Shown in pieces: positions 47,107 through 59,441 of a DNA stretch of 64,000 nucleotides (the stretch's first letter is position 1; each line of letters begins with the position of its first letter). The position numbers and the translations under genes were made by a program. This stretch comes from Eukaryota sp. TZLM1-RC (taxonomy: Eukaryota; Protista; Metamonada: BaSk clade), in contig JAUPSS010000003.1 in the NCBI GenBank assembly GCA_040285825.1, positions 1,922,001 through 1,986,000 on the forward strand. Direction: 5' to 3'. The notes beneath the pieces are model-generated. The model worked only from the letters and a program-made list of their open reading frames with translations. It was not told the DNA's origin and made no database searches.

Positions 47107-48252
47107 ATGCCTGCCCTTACCACAGTTCTATCTCTGTCAATTTCGACACTCGTGATCCTCATATTGAAGCGCTATTTCACCTACTATCGCTTTCAAATCA
47201 TCTCTGGGTCAAATAAGCTACATGATATTGTGGCAAATTCTGACATCTACCGTAATCAAATCCGTCCACCCATCCACTGTGTTTCCGGCACGCTTCATAC
47301 TCTACATGGTAGCAAAACTAAAGCCCCCGCCCTTGCGTGGAAACGGTTTTACGTGAAGGATGAAGAAGATGATGTTTTTGCCATAGACGAACTGCTAGAC
47401 ACACCTCCTCCTATAAAGTCAAACTACACTCTTCCATCGTCATTAGCACCACTCCGCTCCAACGCACCAGTACTTCTACTACTACATTCCATGGGAGGTT
47501 CTGCAAGGGAGCGCCCTGTTCGACGTATGGCATATCAAGCTAGAATGCAAGGTTTTCGTTGCTTCTGTCTTATTGTTCGTGGATGTGGCAACACTAAGCT
47601 CAACAAACCTAATTTCCGTGGTCTTGCTGGTGTGGACTATAGAGATTTGGATTGTGCTGTTAAGTATCTCAAGAAGCAGTATCAAACCAACCTGTACGTT
47701 TGCGGTTTTTCACTTGGAAGTATGCTGTTGCTAAACTTTTTGACTCGATCCAAGGAAGCCACAAGTGATTTAATTGCCGGTGCTGTCGCTGCTTACACTA
47801 CTTTTGATGCTAGTATTGGACTTCGCTTGTCACCCAAGCAACAAACTTTCTTTGGAAAGTTATTAATTCCTTTTATCAAAAATAATTATGATGTATTGAA
47901 GCAAATTAAGGAAATTAAAGTGGATAAAGTGTTGCAGGAAAAAACACTTATTTCATTTGATGCTAATATCACTGCACCTGCCATTGGTTTTGATTCTCCT
48001 TCAAGTTATTACAATGCTCTAAGCCAAGGAACATTCGAGTACCTCCATCGTGTTTCCGTTCCTTTATTGTTGTATGTAACCCAAGATGACCCCGTAACAG
48101 GACCGCATTGCCCCGATGTCAAGGCGCATATATCTGATAATATTGTTTTGGTTAAGGCTAGTGAAGGTGGACATTTAGGTTCTGTTGTTAGAAACAGCAA
48201 CCAAGATGTCTTCAGTTCTTTGGCGGTTGATTTTATGTCTGAATTGTTATAG
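47107..48252 (+). CDS. Alpha/beta hydrolase, ABHD1/2/3 (YheT/Eht1) family
   Basis: N-terminal TM, LHSMGGS, RGCG, GFSLG nucleophile, DDP, GGHLG. Confidence 0.9.
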   Translation: MPALTTVLSLSISTLVILILKRYFTYYRFQIISGSNKLHDIVANSDIYRNQIRPPIHCVSGTLHTLHGSKTKAPALAWKRFYVKDEEDDVFAIDELLDTPPPIKSNYTLPSSLAPLRSNAPVLLLLHSMGGSARERPVRRMAYQARMQGFRCFCLIVRGCGNTKLNKPNFRGLAGVDYRDLDCAVKYLKKQYQTNLYVCGFSLGSMLLLNFLTRSKEATSDLIAGAVAAYTTFDASIGLRLSPKQQTFFGKLLIPFIKNNYDVLKQIKEIKVDKVLQEKTLISFDANITAPAIGFDSPSSYYNALSQGTFEYLHRVSVPLLLYVTQDDPVTGPHCPDVKAHISDNIVLVKASEGGHLGSVVRNSNQDVFSSLAVDFMSELL

Positions 48253-48444
48253 TGTTTTTGTTTGGGTTTTATAAAGATTTATGTTGCTTGTTTGTTTTAC
48301 CATATTTTTGTTGAACCATAAGAAATCGATGCTTTCCCCAATCACTTAATGGCAATATTCCTGGAAAAAATTATTCGGGTTATTCGAATTTAAAAATACG
48401 TGCTGCGAACATTACAAAAACGAATTACTGAGGTGTATGAAAAT

Positions 48445-48620
48445 GATATTTATTGAGAAAAAAAATCTATCTAGAATTCAATATCCTCCAAAAAAGCGTC
48501 ACTATTACTAAACCTACTCACAGCATTACGTTCAAATTCTACACCAATAGCTAAAAGTGCCTTTTAAATCACTGTTGGAATAGACTTGAAAATGCAAAAA
48601 ATTCTATTTAACCAGAAAGT
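48445..48620 (-). mobile_element. 3' end of the CRE-like element (family D) split by the full-length family A insertion
   Basis: TFWLNRI...FKSIP continues the NSTFW reading broken at about 51960. Confidence 0.8.
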
Positions 48621-51600
48621 TATTAATTTATTGAATTTGCACACTTGATTAAATTAAATCATAACTAATGGGACGACTATCATTAAACCAAGATTTCCTC
48701 TACAAAATCTTGATTTGCTTGCTGTCTAGCTAAAGCTTCTCTAATTCGACTGAAAAACCGCGGTAATCTATTAATAATGGCAAATTGAATCCGTGAACGC
48801 CATAAAAAAATATCAAATCTTTTCATTGTTTTTTCTTTCACCATTTTTTGGAAGTCATGCAAAAAAGTTTCTGCTTCAACTGATAATCTTCCATTTATCG
48901 AAAATGGAAAAGCAATAAAAACCAGCTGTGTATTTCTATCGATATTTGCATCTTCAATTTCTTTATCATATTTTCTATGTTTTTCTTTTGCTTTAAAATC
49001 CAGAGCAGCCACAGGATTAAGTTTTCTTCTGTGAACCAAAGTATCGTTTGCAACATTACATGAGACAAAGTCAACAATAGCTTCAGAATTATCAATCCAA
49101 TCACAGTATACATCACCTCTATCATCAGAACCAAAATTATTCAGAGAAAGTGTTTCTTTCAGCAGGGGCTCTTTGATACGCGATATCCTTGCAGTTTGTG
49201 CCATATTGAAAACAGTGTCTCTAACAGCATCATGTAATGAAGAACGATAAGTTATCAATTTAGAGCAATTTAGAGCATGGCGCAAAGTGAGTTGAGGTGA
49301 ATTCGAACAAATACATTTTTCTTTTGATAATAATTGGTTAATGGGGATGTTCAAATATAATCTCATTTTTGTTACAAATGCTTCATTAGTAGCATACAAT
49401 CCAAATCTTCGTGGTACAATGGTTACAAAAAGTGAAGAATCTGACACCTTGTTTTCACAAACACCCTTTTCCAATAACAATGAGTGAAGATCTTGATTTA
49501 AAACAGCCGAGCTGCAAATATTATTATAAAGATCTTTTTCATACATTCCAGTCAATCTTTTCTGTAATGTTCGAAGAGTGTACTTCAAATTTAAAACATT
49601 TTTTTCTGGAATATTGCCATTGAATGATTGGGGAAAACATCGACCCCATTTTTCTACATCAATTCTTGAAATTTCTTCATTTAATGCAAAAACAGTGGAA
49701 CTTTGCGTTGTCATCAATAAATCTTCCCAATCTGCAAATCTTTCGGAGAACTCAAAGATTGCATTTCTGCATCCACCAACAAAAGCACACGAGGTAAGAA
49801 TAGAAGCCTTCGTCCACCCTAAACCACCATATTGTGGACTAAGGTAAGCATGATCTGGAATTTGAAACATTTTACATCCCAGTAATTGAGACAGAACTTT
49901 TGCACGTAACTCATTAAACTTTTGAGCCAAAGGTCTAGTGACGAGAGGATTTGTAGATCGAAATATATGATTAAAATTGGAACTAAAACACAGTCTTATA
50001 ATGGTAAATTTGATGTGTTTTTTTATATCTAAATTCATCATTCGGTCAATTTTGTCAGAAATTGAGTTCAATTTTTCAAACAATTTTTTGGTAATTTCAT
50101 CATTATTTCCTAAAAATGAACCCAAATGACGAATAGCATCAATTGAATATAATTTGGCTTGAATTTCAATATCATCAATTATTGTGGAAACTGGAGAATT
50201 CGATAACAAAACACATTTAAGTAAATTAAGTCGGAGACCAATTTTGGTAAATAATTCTTTAAAACATACAGTTGCTTTTTTTCACAATATTTAATTCACC
50301 AATAAGCACAACATCATCCATATATGCAATCATTTTTAGTGAAGGAAACATCTCTTGAATTTGCAGTAGAATAGGATGAATGGCCAAACAAAACAAAAGA
50401 GGTCCTAACGGATCTCCTTGCTTTACGCCACTTGATGAAATCAAAATGTTGTTACCAAAATGTAAATTAGAATATGTGCAATATGTTGATTGAAAATATG
50501 GTATTAATTCTGGCATATATTGCAATAGAGCACCATGGATACTGCGACGACTTAGCGAATTGAAAGCATTACTAAAATCCAATGACATGCAAACATTGGA
50601 TTCATTTTGACGAAATAAGACATCAGTAGCAAAAATCGCTGAAGAGACTCCATCTGTAGTATTTATACCATATTGAAAGGGTAATAAAATCTTTTTAGCT
50701 TTTTCATTGAACCTGCTTAAGCAACACGCAGAAAAAATATTATGTAAGCTCTCAGAGACTGCAATAGGACGAACATCCATTTTTGAATTTTTGACAAGTG
50801 CAGTCAAACGAGAACTTCTTAATTCTTCTGGGTACTTGCGTTGACCAGATAATATTTGGTTGAAAAATTTGGTCAATAAACCAAGGCAATCTTCTGAAGA
50901 AATAATCGCGGCTTTTACATGATCAATAGTAATACCAGAAAGTCCGGCAGACTTACCACGAGGTCTCTTTTTGATAACCGAAAAAAACTTCTGATGGCAT
51001 CAATGGATAATTTTCCCAGTATGTGCCGTAAAAATTTTGATCCATAACAGGGTCTTCATAAGGATGAAGTATTTTCAGTTTATCTACTGTATTTTCATTG
51101 TTCGGTGCTTTGACTCCGGGACTTAAAGCTGACAAAGCCTTGGACCATTTGTTGTCAAAGCATTTGTCTTCAAAAATTTTACTTAATTTCTCGGATGACT
51201 GATTTCTCGGTGCTATATTGGTTAAATCTTCGGAAATATTAACGAAATTTTGTTCAAAAGGAGGACAAAAAGAACCAAAAAATTCCCAAATAATATTGAT
51301 AGCATACTTTCCTTTACATAATTGATCCAAAAATCTTTGAAAAACGAAAGCAAATTCATTGCATTTGGTCGGATGAATTTCTTGAGGTATTCTTATGGGA
51401 GGATGGTAGTTATCAACTATGCGGCATTTCAAGCAGCGATCAGAAGTTTTTCCTTTGCATTTTTTCTAAAAGAAATACCACAAGTGTTGCAAGTTTTGTG
51501 CTTCAATCGATTGCTAACTGGTTTTGCAACAACTTGTGGAGCATTATTTATGGGTTCTACCTTAGACTCTTTCCTTCTAATAAATTTTCTTTTACATTTT

Positions 51601-51958
51601 GTTTCAGAATTTGCCGCATCATTTTTTCCAACATTGGGGCATGTTCGAGCATTATGTCCCTGTTGTCGACACTTTGAGCATCTGTAGGAGCGTGGCTTTG
51701 TTTTTGAACAAACTTTTTTTTCATCGTGATTGTCTAAAAATTCTTGATCAGAATTTTTTTTGTCCAAAAATGAAGAGAGAAGAGGTTGAGGAGGAGAGGT
51801 GGAAAGGACGTCTTGAGCATCTTGTTTACTATCGTTCTTTCTTTTGACTCCATTAGAATCAGAAATTGATTCAGGCATCAACAAGAAAGAATAGAAGCAA
51901 TGATCTCGGTTCAGCCAGGTTTTGAGTTAAACGGTTATATGTAGAGGAAGAAAAAACC
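48621..51958 (-). mobile_element. Full-length family A CRE-like non-LTR retrotransposon (3338 bp)
   Basis: 10-bp TSD ACCAGAAAGT at 48611-48620 and 51959-51968; ATG 51878; CSKCRQQGHNARTC knuckle, CxxC..CxxC, RT (RPIAVSE, GVKQGDPLGP, AYMDD), CCHC, RLE; stop 48683. Confidence 0.95.
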
Positions 51959-51968
51959 ACCAGAAAGT

Positions 51969-53040
51969 GGAATTCATTGTTTTACCAGACCTGTTCAGTA
52001 ACAATTTTTTGAAGTTTTCAAAAAAGTGCAACCCTGAAGGTCCAATATTGCCAAAAAGAGAAATTGCAAACGGCACAAACTGATATTTCACATGTTCCAC
52101 TCTACCTAACTGTGCCAAAGGTTCTTCATATTTTTTATCTTCTTTTTTTCGGCGTTAGATAACGGCGAATCAGCGGAATACACTAAACGAGCAGCACAAT
52201 TATTGCAAACATCAACTGAGACAACATCCACAACATTGAGAACACCATCGATCCCTGGAGCTACTAAATCTGCCCTTCTTTTATGAAGGAATCATCAGTT
52301 TGATCTGAAGACAGCTTACGTACTAATATCTAAATAAATGCCTCTATATTGAAAATTTTGCACATAGCATATAACTGATCACGAACAGAGTCATGAACAA
52401 TTGAGATATAAGTTATAAAATATTTGCAGTTTAAAATATGGGAAAGTGTAACCACATTCTTGCAGCGACAAATTAAATTATTTGGTAAAGAACAAGGCCA
52501 TAGAAAACATCTCATTCTCATTGCAGTGGTCCATTAGTGATCATTAAGTAGAAGGCCATAAATGTTGGGAATTTGGGAGATTAGGCAACTTGAGCAACTG
52601 TCTTCAAGATCAATCAAAAAGTTTGCAAAAACGGGATTTTTTCTTTACCCAAGCTAAGACGTAGAACATAATCCAAGTTTTCCAAAACTTTCAAGATCTT
52701 TTTCTGGAATTTTGCAAAAGTCAGTGGTAAGGAAAGCAAGCTTCTTGGAGCAAACTCCACAATATCAGAGGGAAAACATTTAGACCAAATATTTGGTGAA
52801 AGAGTTTCAATTTCCTGTTGCAAAGAAATAAGATAAGAGCTGCCACAGTTTTCAATGATATCAATTTTATCTGAAAAGCGATTCACAAATTCATAAATAA
52901 AATTTTTGCCACCTCCAATAAAGGCAGATTTACAAAGGTAGCTTCATTTATACAAATCAATACCACCAAAATTTGTTCCACAAAAAATGTGGCTTCGTAA
53001 CTGAGAGGCATCAATTTCCAATAATTTTGCTAATTCTGGC
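51969..53040 (-). mobile_element. CRE-like family D fragment (RT thumb, CCHC, RLE)
   Basis: FGGID...AFIGGGKNF, CRCKN...HILNC, FVPFAISLFG. Confidence 0.85.
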
Positions 53041-53044
53041 TGTT

Positions 53045-53950
53045 TGACATCAAGATCTTGATTTGTTGTTATTAGAAAAGGGTGTATTTGATACCGTAGG
53101 TTGGAAAATTGGGTTAAGACAAAGCGAATGAGGAAAAATTGATTTATTTTCTATTCATAACATATAAGCCTTAGGGCGCCAACAGTATGTTAGAATAAGT
53201 CATTAGATTCATCACACTTTGTTACAATTGTCTCGCAAAGGCTTGTATTTGTGGTAAGAAGGAATTTTTTGTAACAAAAACGAGATTATATCTGAATATC
53301 CGTATTGACCTACTTCTATTAAATGGAACTTTTATTTGTTCTGATTCATCACATCTCACCTTATGTCACGCTTTCAGCTGCCCCAAACTGAGAACTTATC
53401 GTTCCTCATTACATGGTCCTATCAGGAACACTGTTGTTAATATTGCAAGAAGTACAAGAATCTCATGTATTAAAGTGCCTTTACTGAGAGAAACACTGTC
53501 ATTAAACAAGTTTGGTTCTGATGATAGAGGTGATATTTGCTGTGATTGGATTGATCAGTCTGAAGTTAAGTGTTGACTTGGGTCTCCTGTAATGTTGCAA
53601 ATGACATTTTGGTTCAAAGAAGGAAACTAATTCCTGTTAAAGCTCTTGAATTTAAAGCTAATGAAAAACATATAAAATAAGGCACAGAGATTGAAGAAGC
53701 TAATGCTGATAGAAATAGACCGTTTGTTTTATTGCTTTTCCATTTTCTATAACCGGAAGACTATCAGTAGAAGCAAGAACTTTTTTGAATGATTTCCAAA
53801 AATTGGTTCAAGAAAAAACAATGAAAAGATTTGATAACTTTTTGTGGTAAATTCAATTTGTTATAATTAATAGATCATTTCGGTTCTTGCGTCTTGTAAG
53901 AAAAGCAATGGAGAGAAATCAAGCAGTTCAGGATTTCGTAGAGGAAAGTT
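53045..53950 (+). mobile_element. Older degenerate family A-related 3' fragment
   Basis: FGSDDRGDICCDWID, QAVQDFVEESL remnants. Confidence 0.8.
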
Positions 53951-54127
53951 TACCATTTACTTTTCTCCTGAACTACTGTATCTGCGAATACTTAATTCCA
54001 TTCAAGAAAAGGTATAAGAAAGGCAAATACTTTAACAACAAACAAACACAATCAAACCCTCGAAAAGATACCTGAAAAACCATCTTTGTATTGACTTTAC
54101 AAACTCTACTATCCCAGCAGCTAGCTG

Positions 54128-56091
54128 ATGAGTCTACTACAACCTGGTACCAAGTACACTGCACCACCTGAAGGGAGGCATACTCTGTTTCACTCCTTCC
54201 AAACTACGGCTAACCTACAACCTGATGAAAGTTGTCTTGGTACAAGAAGAATGAAAAAAACTGATGCAAATTATAAATACGGTGCATATGAATGGCTTAC
54301 CTACGGAGAAGCTCTTTCTAGAGTAGAAACCATCGCTACAGCATTGCATGACCTTGGGATACAGAAAGGCGACAGGGTAGGGATCATGAGCAAAACAAGA
54401 AGAGAATGGGAACTTGCAAGTCTTGCATGTCTGCGTCAGGGATATGTTTTAACTCCACTGTATGATAATGTTGGTATCAACGAAACAGAACATGTAATTA
54501 ACGATGCAGAAATTTCTGTTTTATTTATAGAACCTTCACGAATTGACCTCCTAAACAGCTTAGATCTTTCTCATTTAACAAGGATCATTCTGTTTAACAG
54601 TAATGTACGTGATATTGACAGTATCAGGTCCACTTCCTTACCTGCCAATTGCTGTACTCTTTCGGATATAATGGCCTCCCAATCTGATCCTCCTCCCATC
54701 AAATGCAATGGAGACGATCTTGCATCCATAGTGTACACCTCAGGAACTACTGGCAGAGCAAAGGGTACGATGCTGACCAATAACAACATTATGTATTCGA
54801 TAATAGGACTAAATGAAAGAATGCCTGACAGAATCGACCAGCAAGATGTTTTGATAAGCTTTCTGCCGTTAGCCCACATCTTTGCCTTTGTGGTGGATCA
54901 CCTCTTTTTCGCCCATGGACATGCTATTGGGTATTATATGGGAGATATGAAGGGGATATTGGAGGACGTGCAGGCATTGAAGCCTACGCTATTCGTGGGG
55001 GTACCAAGAGTCTTTTCCAAGTTGACGGAACGTGTGCTTGCTAAGGGGAGACAGTCACATCTGAAAAGCCTGATGTTCACACATGCATTGAGTGTAAGGA
55101 AGCGTTACTTGAGTGGGGAGGGAGGAGCAGTGTTGAACAAATTATATGATCGGTTTGTTCTTATTATATTTCTAATTTCAGGTTGGTATTCAGTAAAATC
55201 AGACGAATGTTTGGTAATCGAATTCGAACATTCTATTCTGGTTCAGCCAAACTTGATCCAAAAGTAGCTTCTCTTATATGTTGCTTCTTTTCAGCTCCCA
55301 TTGCGGAGGGCTATGGCACAACAGAAACCAGTGCTGGAGGTTTCATTGACCATCTTCCAAGGTTTGGGCATGATAATCTCGATACTTATTTCGGAACCGT
55401 AGGTCAGAGCGTTGATGGTATTGAGTATCGGCTATTGGAAGCACCTGAATACGGGTATAGTTATCCCCAAGGTGAACTATGTATCAAAGGGCCTTCTGTA
55501 TTCCAAGGTTATTGGAAGATGGACGACAAAACAAGAGAATCTTTCACTGAGGATGGCTTCTACAAAACGGGAGACATTGCTGAGGTCAATGAGCAAGGCA
55601 AGCTAGTCATTATAGACCGAGTGGGGGCTGTTGTGAAATCGGATAGAGGCGAGTTTATCAATTTGGGTGTCTTGGAAGAACACTTTGAGAGTTGCTCAAA
55701 AGTGGACCATGTATTAGTTGTTGGTGGAAAGACTCCAAAGTTGTTGGCTGTCGTCACACCCTCTGCTGAAAAGATTGAAGAGCTACAACAGTATCAACAA
55801 CAAGGTGAGGAGGCCAAAGTTGAAGAATTTGCACGGGAAATATTGGAAGAATTTAGGGTTATTGCAGAGAGGAAGAGACATCGTAGTTTTGAATATGTTT
55901 GTGACTTAGAGTTAAGCTTAGAGCAATGGACTCCAGATAATGGAATGTTAAGTTCTACGTTTAAAAAGAAGAGGAATGTTATTGTAGGTCGCTACAAGGA
56001 TGATATTGATGCAATGATTTCAAAGGTTAATTCAAAGGAATATGGAACAGATTGTCTTACTCATCTTTCTTGTTTTCAAGTAGCAATGTAG
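54128..56091 (+). CDS. Long-chain acyl-CoA synthetase (ACSL/LACS family), two exons
   Basis: YTSGTTGRAKG, FLPLAHIF, EGYGTTE, YKTGDI, IIDR; intron 55153-55181 joins the two ORFs. Confidence 0.96.
55153..55181 (+). other. 29-nt spliceosomal intron in acyl-CoA synthetase
   Basis: GTTTGT...CTAATTTCAG; removal gives YDRLVFSKIR. Confidence 0.92.
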
Positions 56092-56962
56092 ATAGAGAGG
56101 TTATAATCTAATTTATAAATTAATGGTATATCAGAGTCTATGGATTTGAACTTACATTAGTGAGATAGTAGATCCTGTTTCAGTGTGAAATGAATTTGTT
56201 TTGAAATGACAAAGACGATTTAATTTTTTTCAAAATTATCCGTTGAAAATTTGGTTTTATAGAGGTTCTACAATTTTGCAAAATCAAAGAGTATTGCAAA
56301 AGCTGTATTACCAACACTCCAAACAAGCAAAAATAATGTGTTGTTAATATAATTATCTTGTAAAGGAGAAATCATATTTTGACTCCAATCTTTTTTGAGC
56401 ATTAGTGATCTTTGTGTTCTCGGCATATTGTCAGCATATGATCAGGCCAAATGCTCACTACGTGATCAATAATGACATACTGGTCTTCTGACCAGGGAAA
56501 CTCAATCACTGTGCCTTAAAAGTGTGAAACATGTAAGTTGAATAAAAGGTATAACTTTTTCTACAAAATTATAATTGTGAACAGTTATTCATCAAAAACG
56601 TATTAAATCAGAATTGAAAAATATGTAACGATGGAAGAGCTAATCACTCCATATGTGTTGTTACCGCCACAGAACCAGCTAGTGCTTTTACAGTTTTATC
56701 TAAATGCAAAGAAACAATTTATACACGCAAGGCAACAACGAATAAACATCACGAGATGATTAATTGTGCAGAAAAATGATCAAATTCAGAACCCATTTCA
56801 GCAAAAGAATATTTAATTCTACTTGTAATTGTAATTTTGGGATCGACTGGTCAATAATACTGTTCTTAATTTGAAAACAATTGGTCGTATTGATAGTTGC
56901 ACTACAAGTTTTATTTAAACATAAAGAAATAATAGCATAATTACATGTACATTAACTAGAAA

Positions 56963-59056
56963 TTATTTAAAAACCAGGTCAATAAAAGACCCATAGTTTG
57001 GGCACTGTACCCACCAAGGAAACCAGGATAATTCAACTAAATATTCATTCTCAATGAGTTGAACAGATTTAATTAAACCACTTCCTTTCAGATGTTCCAT
57101 TGGAAAATCAGACTCAATAGATTTTTCACATACTCTGCTTAGGGAAACAAATTTTAAAGAAGGAAAATTATGGTTGGTGATATTGGTAGGAATTTTTCCA
57201 TGGACAATTAACTCCTTCAAGTTGAATAGTTGGATTTCTATATGCAAAACATCGTGAAATCGCATTTCTAAAGTAACAATTGACTGAGGGAGCGGAATTT
57301 GACCATTTGATATTCTTTTCGAAATATAGTCATCACTCAATACCACTAATTCTTTTAATGACGTAAGATAGCTTAAATCAGTAACCTCAATGTCATTGTT
57401 GGTGAGCACTAACTTCACTAGTGAAGTAGGTAATTGTTCTATTTTGAATGGATAATTAAGTTCTAGAGATTTCAGATTTGATAAATGTGTTAGGATTAAT
57501 TTTTGGTAAGAACCTGAAGACCCAACAAGTTTAACAACCTCGACATTCGGGAAAAAAGACAATAATTTTAAATCAAATTCTAAAAACATGTTATAGCAAA
57601 CATCAAGTTTTTTAATTTTGGTATTGATTACTTTGGGACCTGTGTAATCAGTTGATAATCGCAATTGTAAACCACAAATATTTTGATTCAAATTTAAATC
57701 TTGAGGGTCTTTTAAAGTCAAATCAGTTTGAACAGAAAGACCATTAATCACTTCTTGAGCAAATTGAGCCACCCTTTTACTAATACCACACTTGGAGTAA
57801 AATCTTGCTTTAACATATGGATGATTACCAAAGAGCTTTTGCAAACAATTTAAATATTCCCAATAAACAAGCTTGATTAGACCACTAAACATGCTATCCA
57901 AAGGTTTTTTTAGATGACGAAAACTGCCAAGTAGTTCAGACCCAAATACTTTGACAGGTTGTGGTCGATCAATCAAATCACCTGTTCCTAATTGACCTTT
58001 ATCGTTCCTTCCCCAAGCCCAAACAGTGTTTTTGTTGTAGGCAAAAAGAAAGTCATCACCTACAGAAATACCTTCTATATTGGTTAGTGCTTCAATACAA
58101 ATTGGTTCCTTAATATCTTCATAAGCATTACTGATTCTACTCAACTCACCCCAAACAAAAACTTTACCAATGTCATTTAGAGCGGCATAAATACAATCGC
58201 GACCATTAATATAAACAATATTACTCAACCCTGAAACTTTGGTGGGTTTGTTATTGAAACTATATCCCAGATCAAACTTCCAGACATAGCCAATATTACA
58301 AAAAACAAAGAGTTCAAAAGAATCAAATAAAAAACATGATTTCAGAGGAATTCCTGGAGTAATACTACTAGACTCAGGAACCTTGGTAATGCATGTACTG
58401 AAGGTGTCCCTGTAAAAGAAATTATTGTGAGTGTCCATTGCGACAAAGGAATCATAATATAAAGATATAAACTCTATATTATTCAAACCTTTTATTAATT
58501 CAAACGACTTACCCTTTCCCCATTTAACAACTTGACCTTCCTGGGTCAAAGCAGAAGAGAAAACATCACCATAAACTTCCTTAATATTATAAGGAATGTT
58601 AATCAGGGTAATGGGCAGTAAAGTATCGAATGACTTAATGATTTGATTGTCTTCATTGCTACCCCAACCATACAGCTGACCTTGAGAAGAGAAGGCAAGG
58701 GAGTGGTCATTACCAGCTGAAATGGAAGTAATACTGGTGATTGGCAATTTGATTGGCAATATGATTGTTGTGGGTCCATTATATATAACTTGACCATGAG
58801 CATTACACCCCCATCCATAAACCTCACCAGAAGAGGTGAGGAGCAGCGTGTGTGCAAACCCAACGGAGACACATCTAACTCCAAACTGTGGACCTGATGA
58901 GGCGATGTGATGGGAGTTTGCAATAGAACTTAGTGAATGGTTGGTAGAGTGGCAGACTGTGGTATTTAATGGATGACCATCGTGAGCATTGTCACTAGGA
59001 GATAGAGAAACTGGGCACAGATCAGAAGAACTTGAACCCAAGAAATGTGAAGACAT
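56963..59056 (-). CDS. RCC1-repeat protein with C-terminal LRR-like region (paralog of 41789-43747)
   Basis: GWGCNAHGQ, AWGRNDKGQLGTG, LPTSLVKL, FPSLK, FPWW. Confidence 0.9.
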   Translation of the reverse strand: MSSHFLGSSSSDLCPVSLSPSDNAHDGHPLNTTVCHSTNHSLSSIANSHHIASSGPQFGVRCVSVGFAHTLLLTSSGEVYGWGCNAHGQVIYNGPTTIILPIKLPITSITSISAGNDHSLAFSSQGQLYGWGSNEDNQIIKSFDTLLPITLINIPYNIKEVYGDVFSSALTQEGQVVKWGKGKSFELIKGLNNIEFISLYYDSFVAMDTHNNFFYRDTFSTCITKVPESSSITPGIPLKSCFLFDSFELFVFCNIGYVWKFDLGYSFNNKPTKVSGLSNIVYINGRDCIYAALNDIGKVFVWGELSRISNAYEDIKEPICIEALTNIEGISVGDDFLFAYNKNTVWAWGRNDKGQLGTGDLIDRPQPVKVFGSELLGSFRHLKKPLDSMFSGLIKLVYWEYLNCLQKLFGNHPYVKARFYSKCGISKRVAQFAQEVINGLSVQTDLTLKDPQDLNLNQNICGLQLRLSTDYTGPKVINTKIKKLDVCYNMFLEFDLKLLSFFPNVEVVKLVGSSGSYQKLILTHLSNLKSLELNYPFKIEQLPTSLVKLVLTNNDIEVTDLSYLTSLKELVVLSDDYISKRISNGQIPLPQSIVTLEMRFHDVLHIEIQLFNLKELIVHGKIPTNITNHNFPSLKFVSLSRVCEKSIESDFPMEHLKGSGLIKSVQLIENEYLVELSWFPWWVQCPNYGSFIDLVFK

Positions 59057-59441
59057 AAAGCAAGTTACTGAGTTGGCAGAGTACTCATCAATGAGTTCTT
59101 GGGTTTGTTGTGAATTTCACTCATCATGCATTCCCCTGTGAAATTCACTCTTGTTTTCAACTTTCTCAATGTCTACTCACAGGTTGTAAGAGACATGTAG
59201 TGTCATTTGACAAAGACAATCATGATCTTCATCAATGGGCTACCTCACTTAAATACACCTACCGCTTTTACAGAACAAAACCTCGCGACTTGATGTATCT
59301 AAGTGGATCTATCAAATGCTACTAAGGCATTTGTAGGTCGGTCTCAAAAGTTTTTCAAAAAAATTAAAAATTAAATAAAAAACTCAAAATAAAATATCAG
59401 TTTTTCAAAAGTATTTGTTTCTGTATGCTCAGGTTCCCCAT

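Noticed and set aside
57412-57427. Palindrome ACTTCACTAGTGAAGT
   Set aside because: Lies in coding sequence (TSLVK of the LRR-like repeat); likely incidental
59258-59275. U5 loop-1-like CGCTTTTAC
   Set aside because: No flanking stem or Sm site
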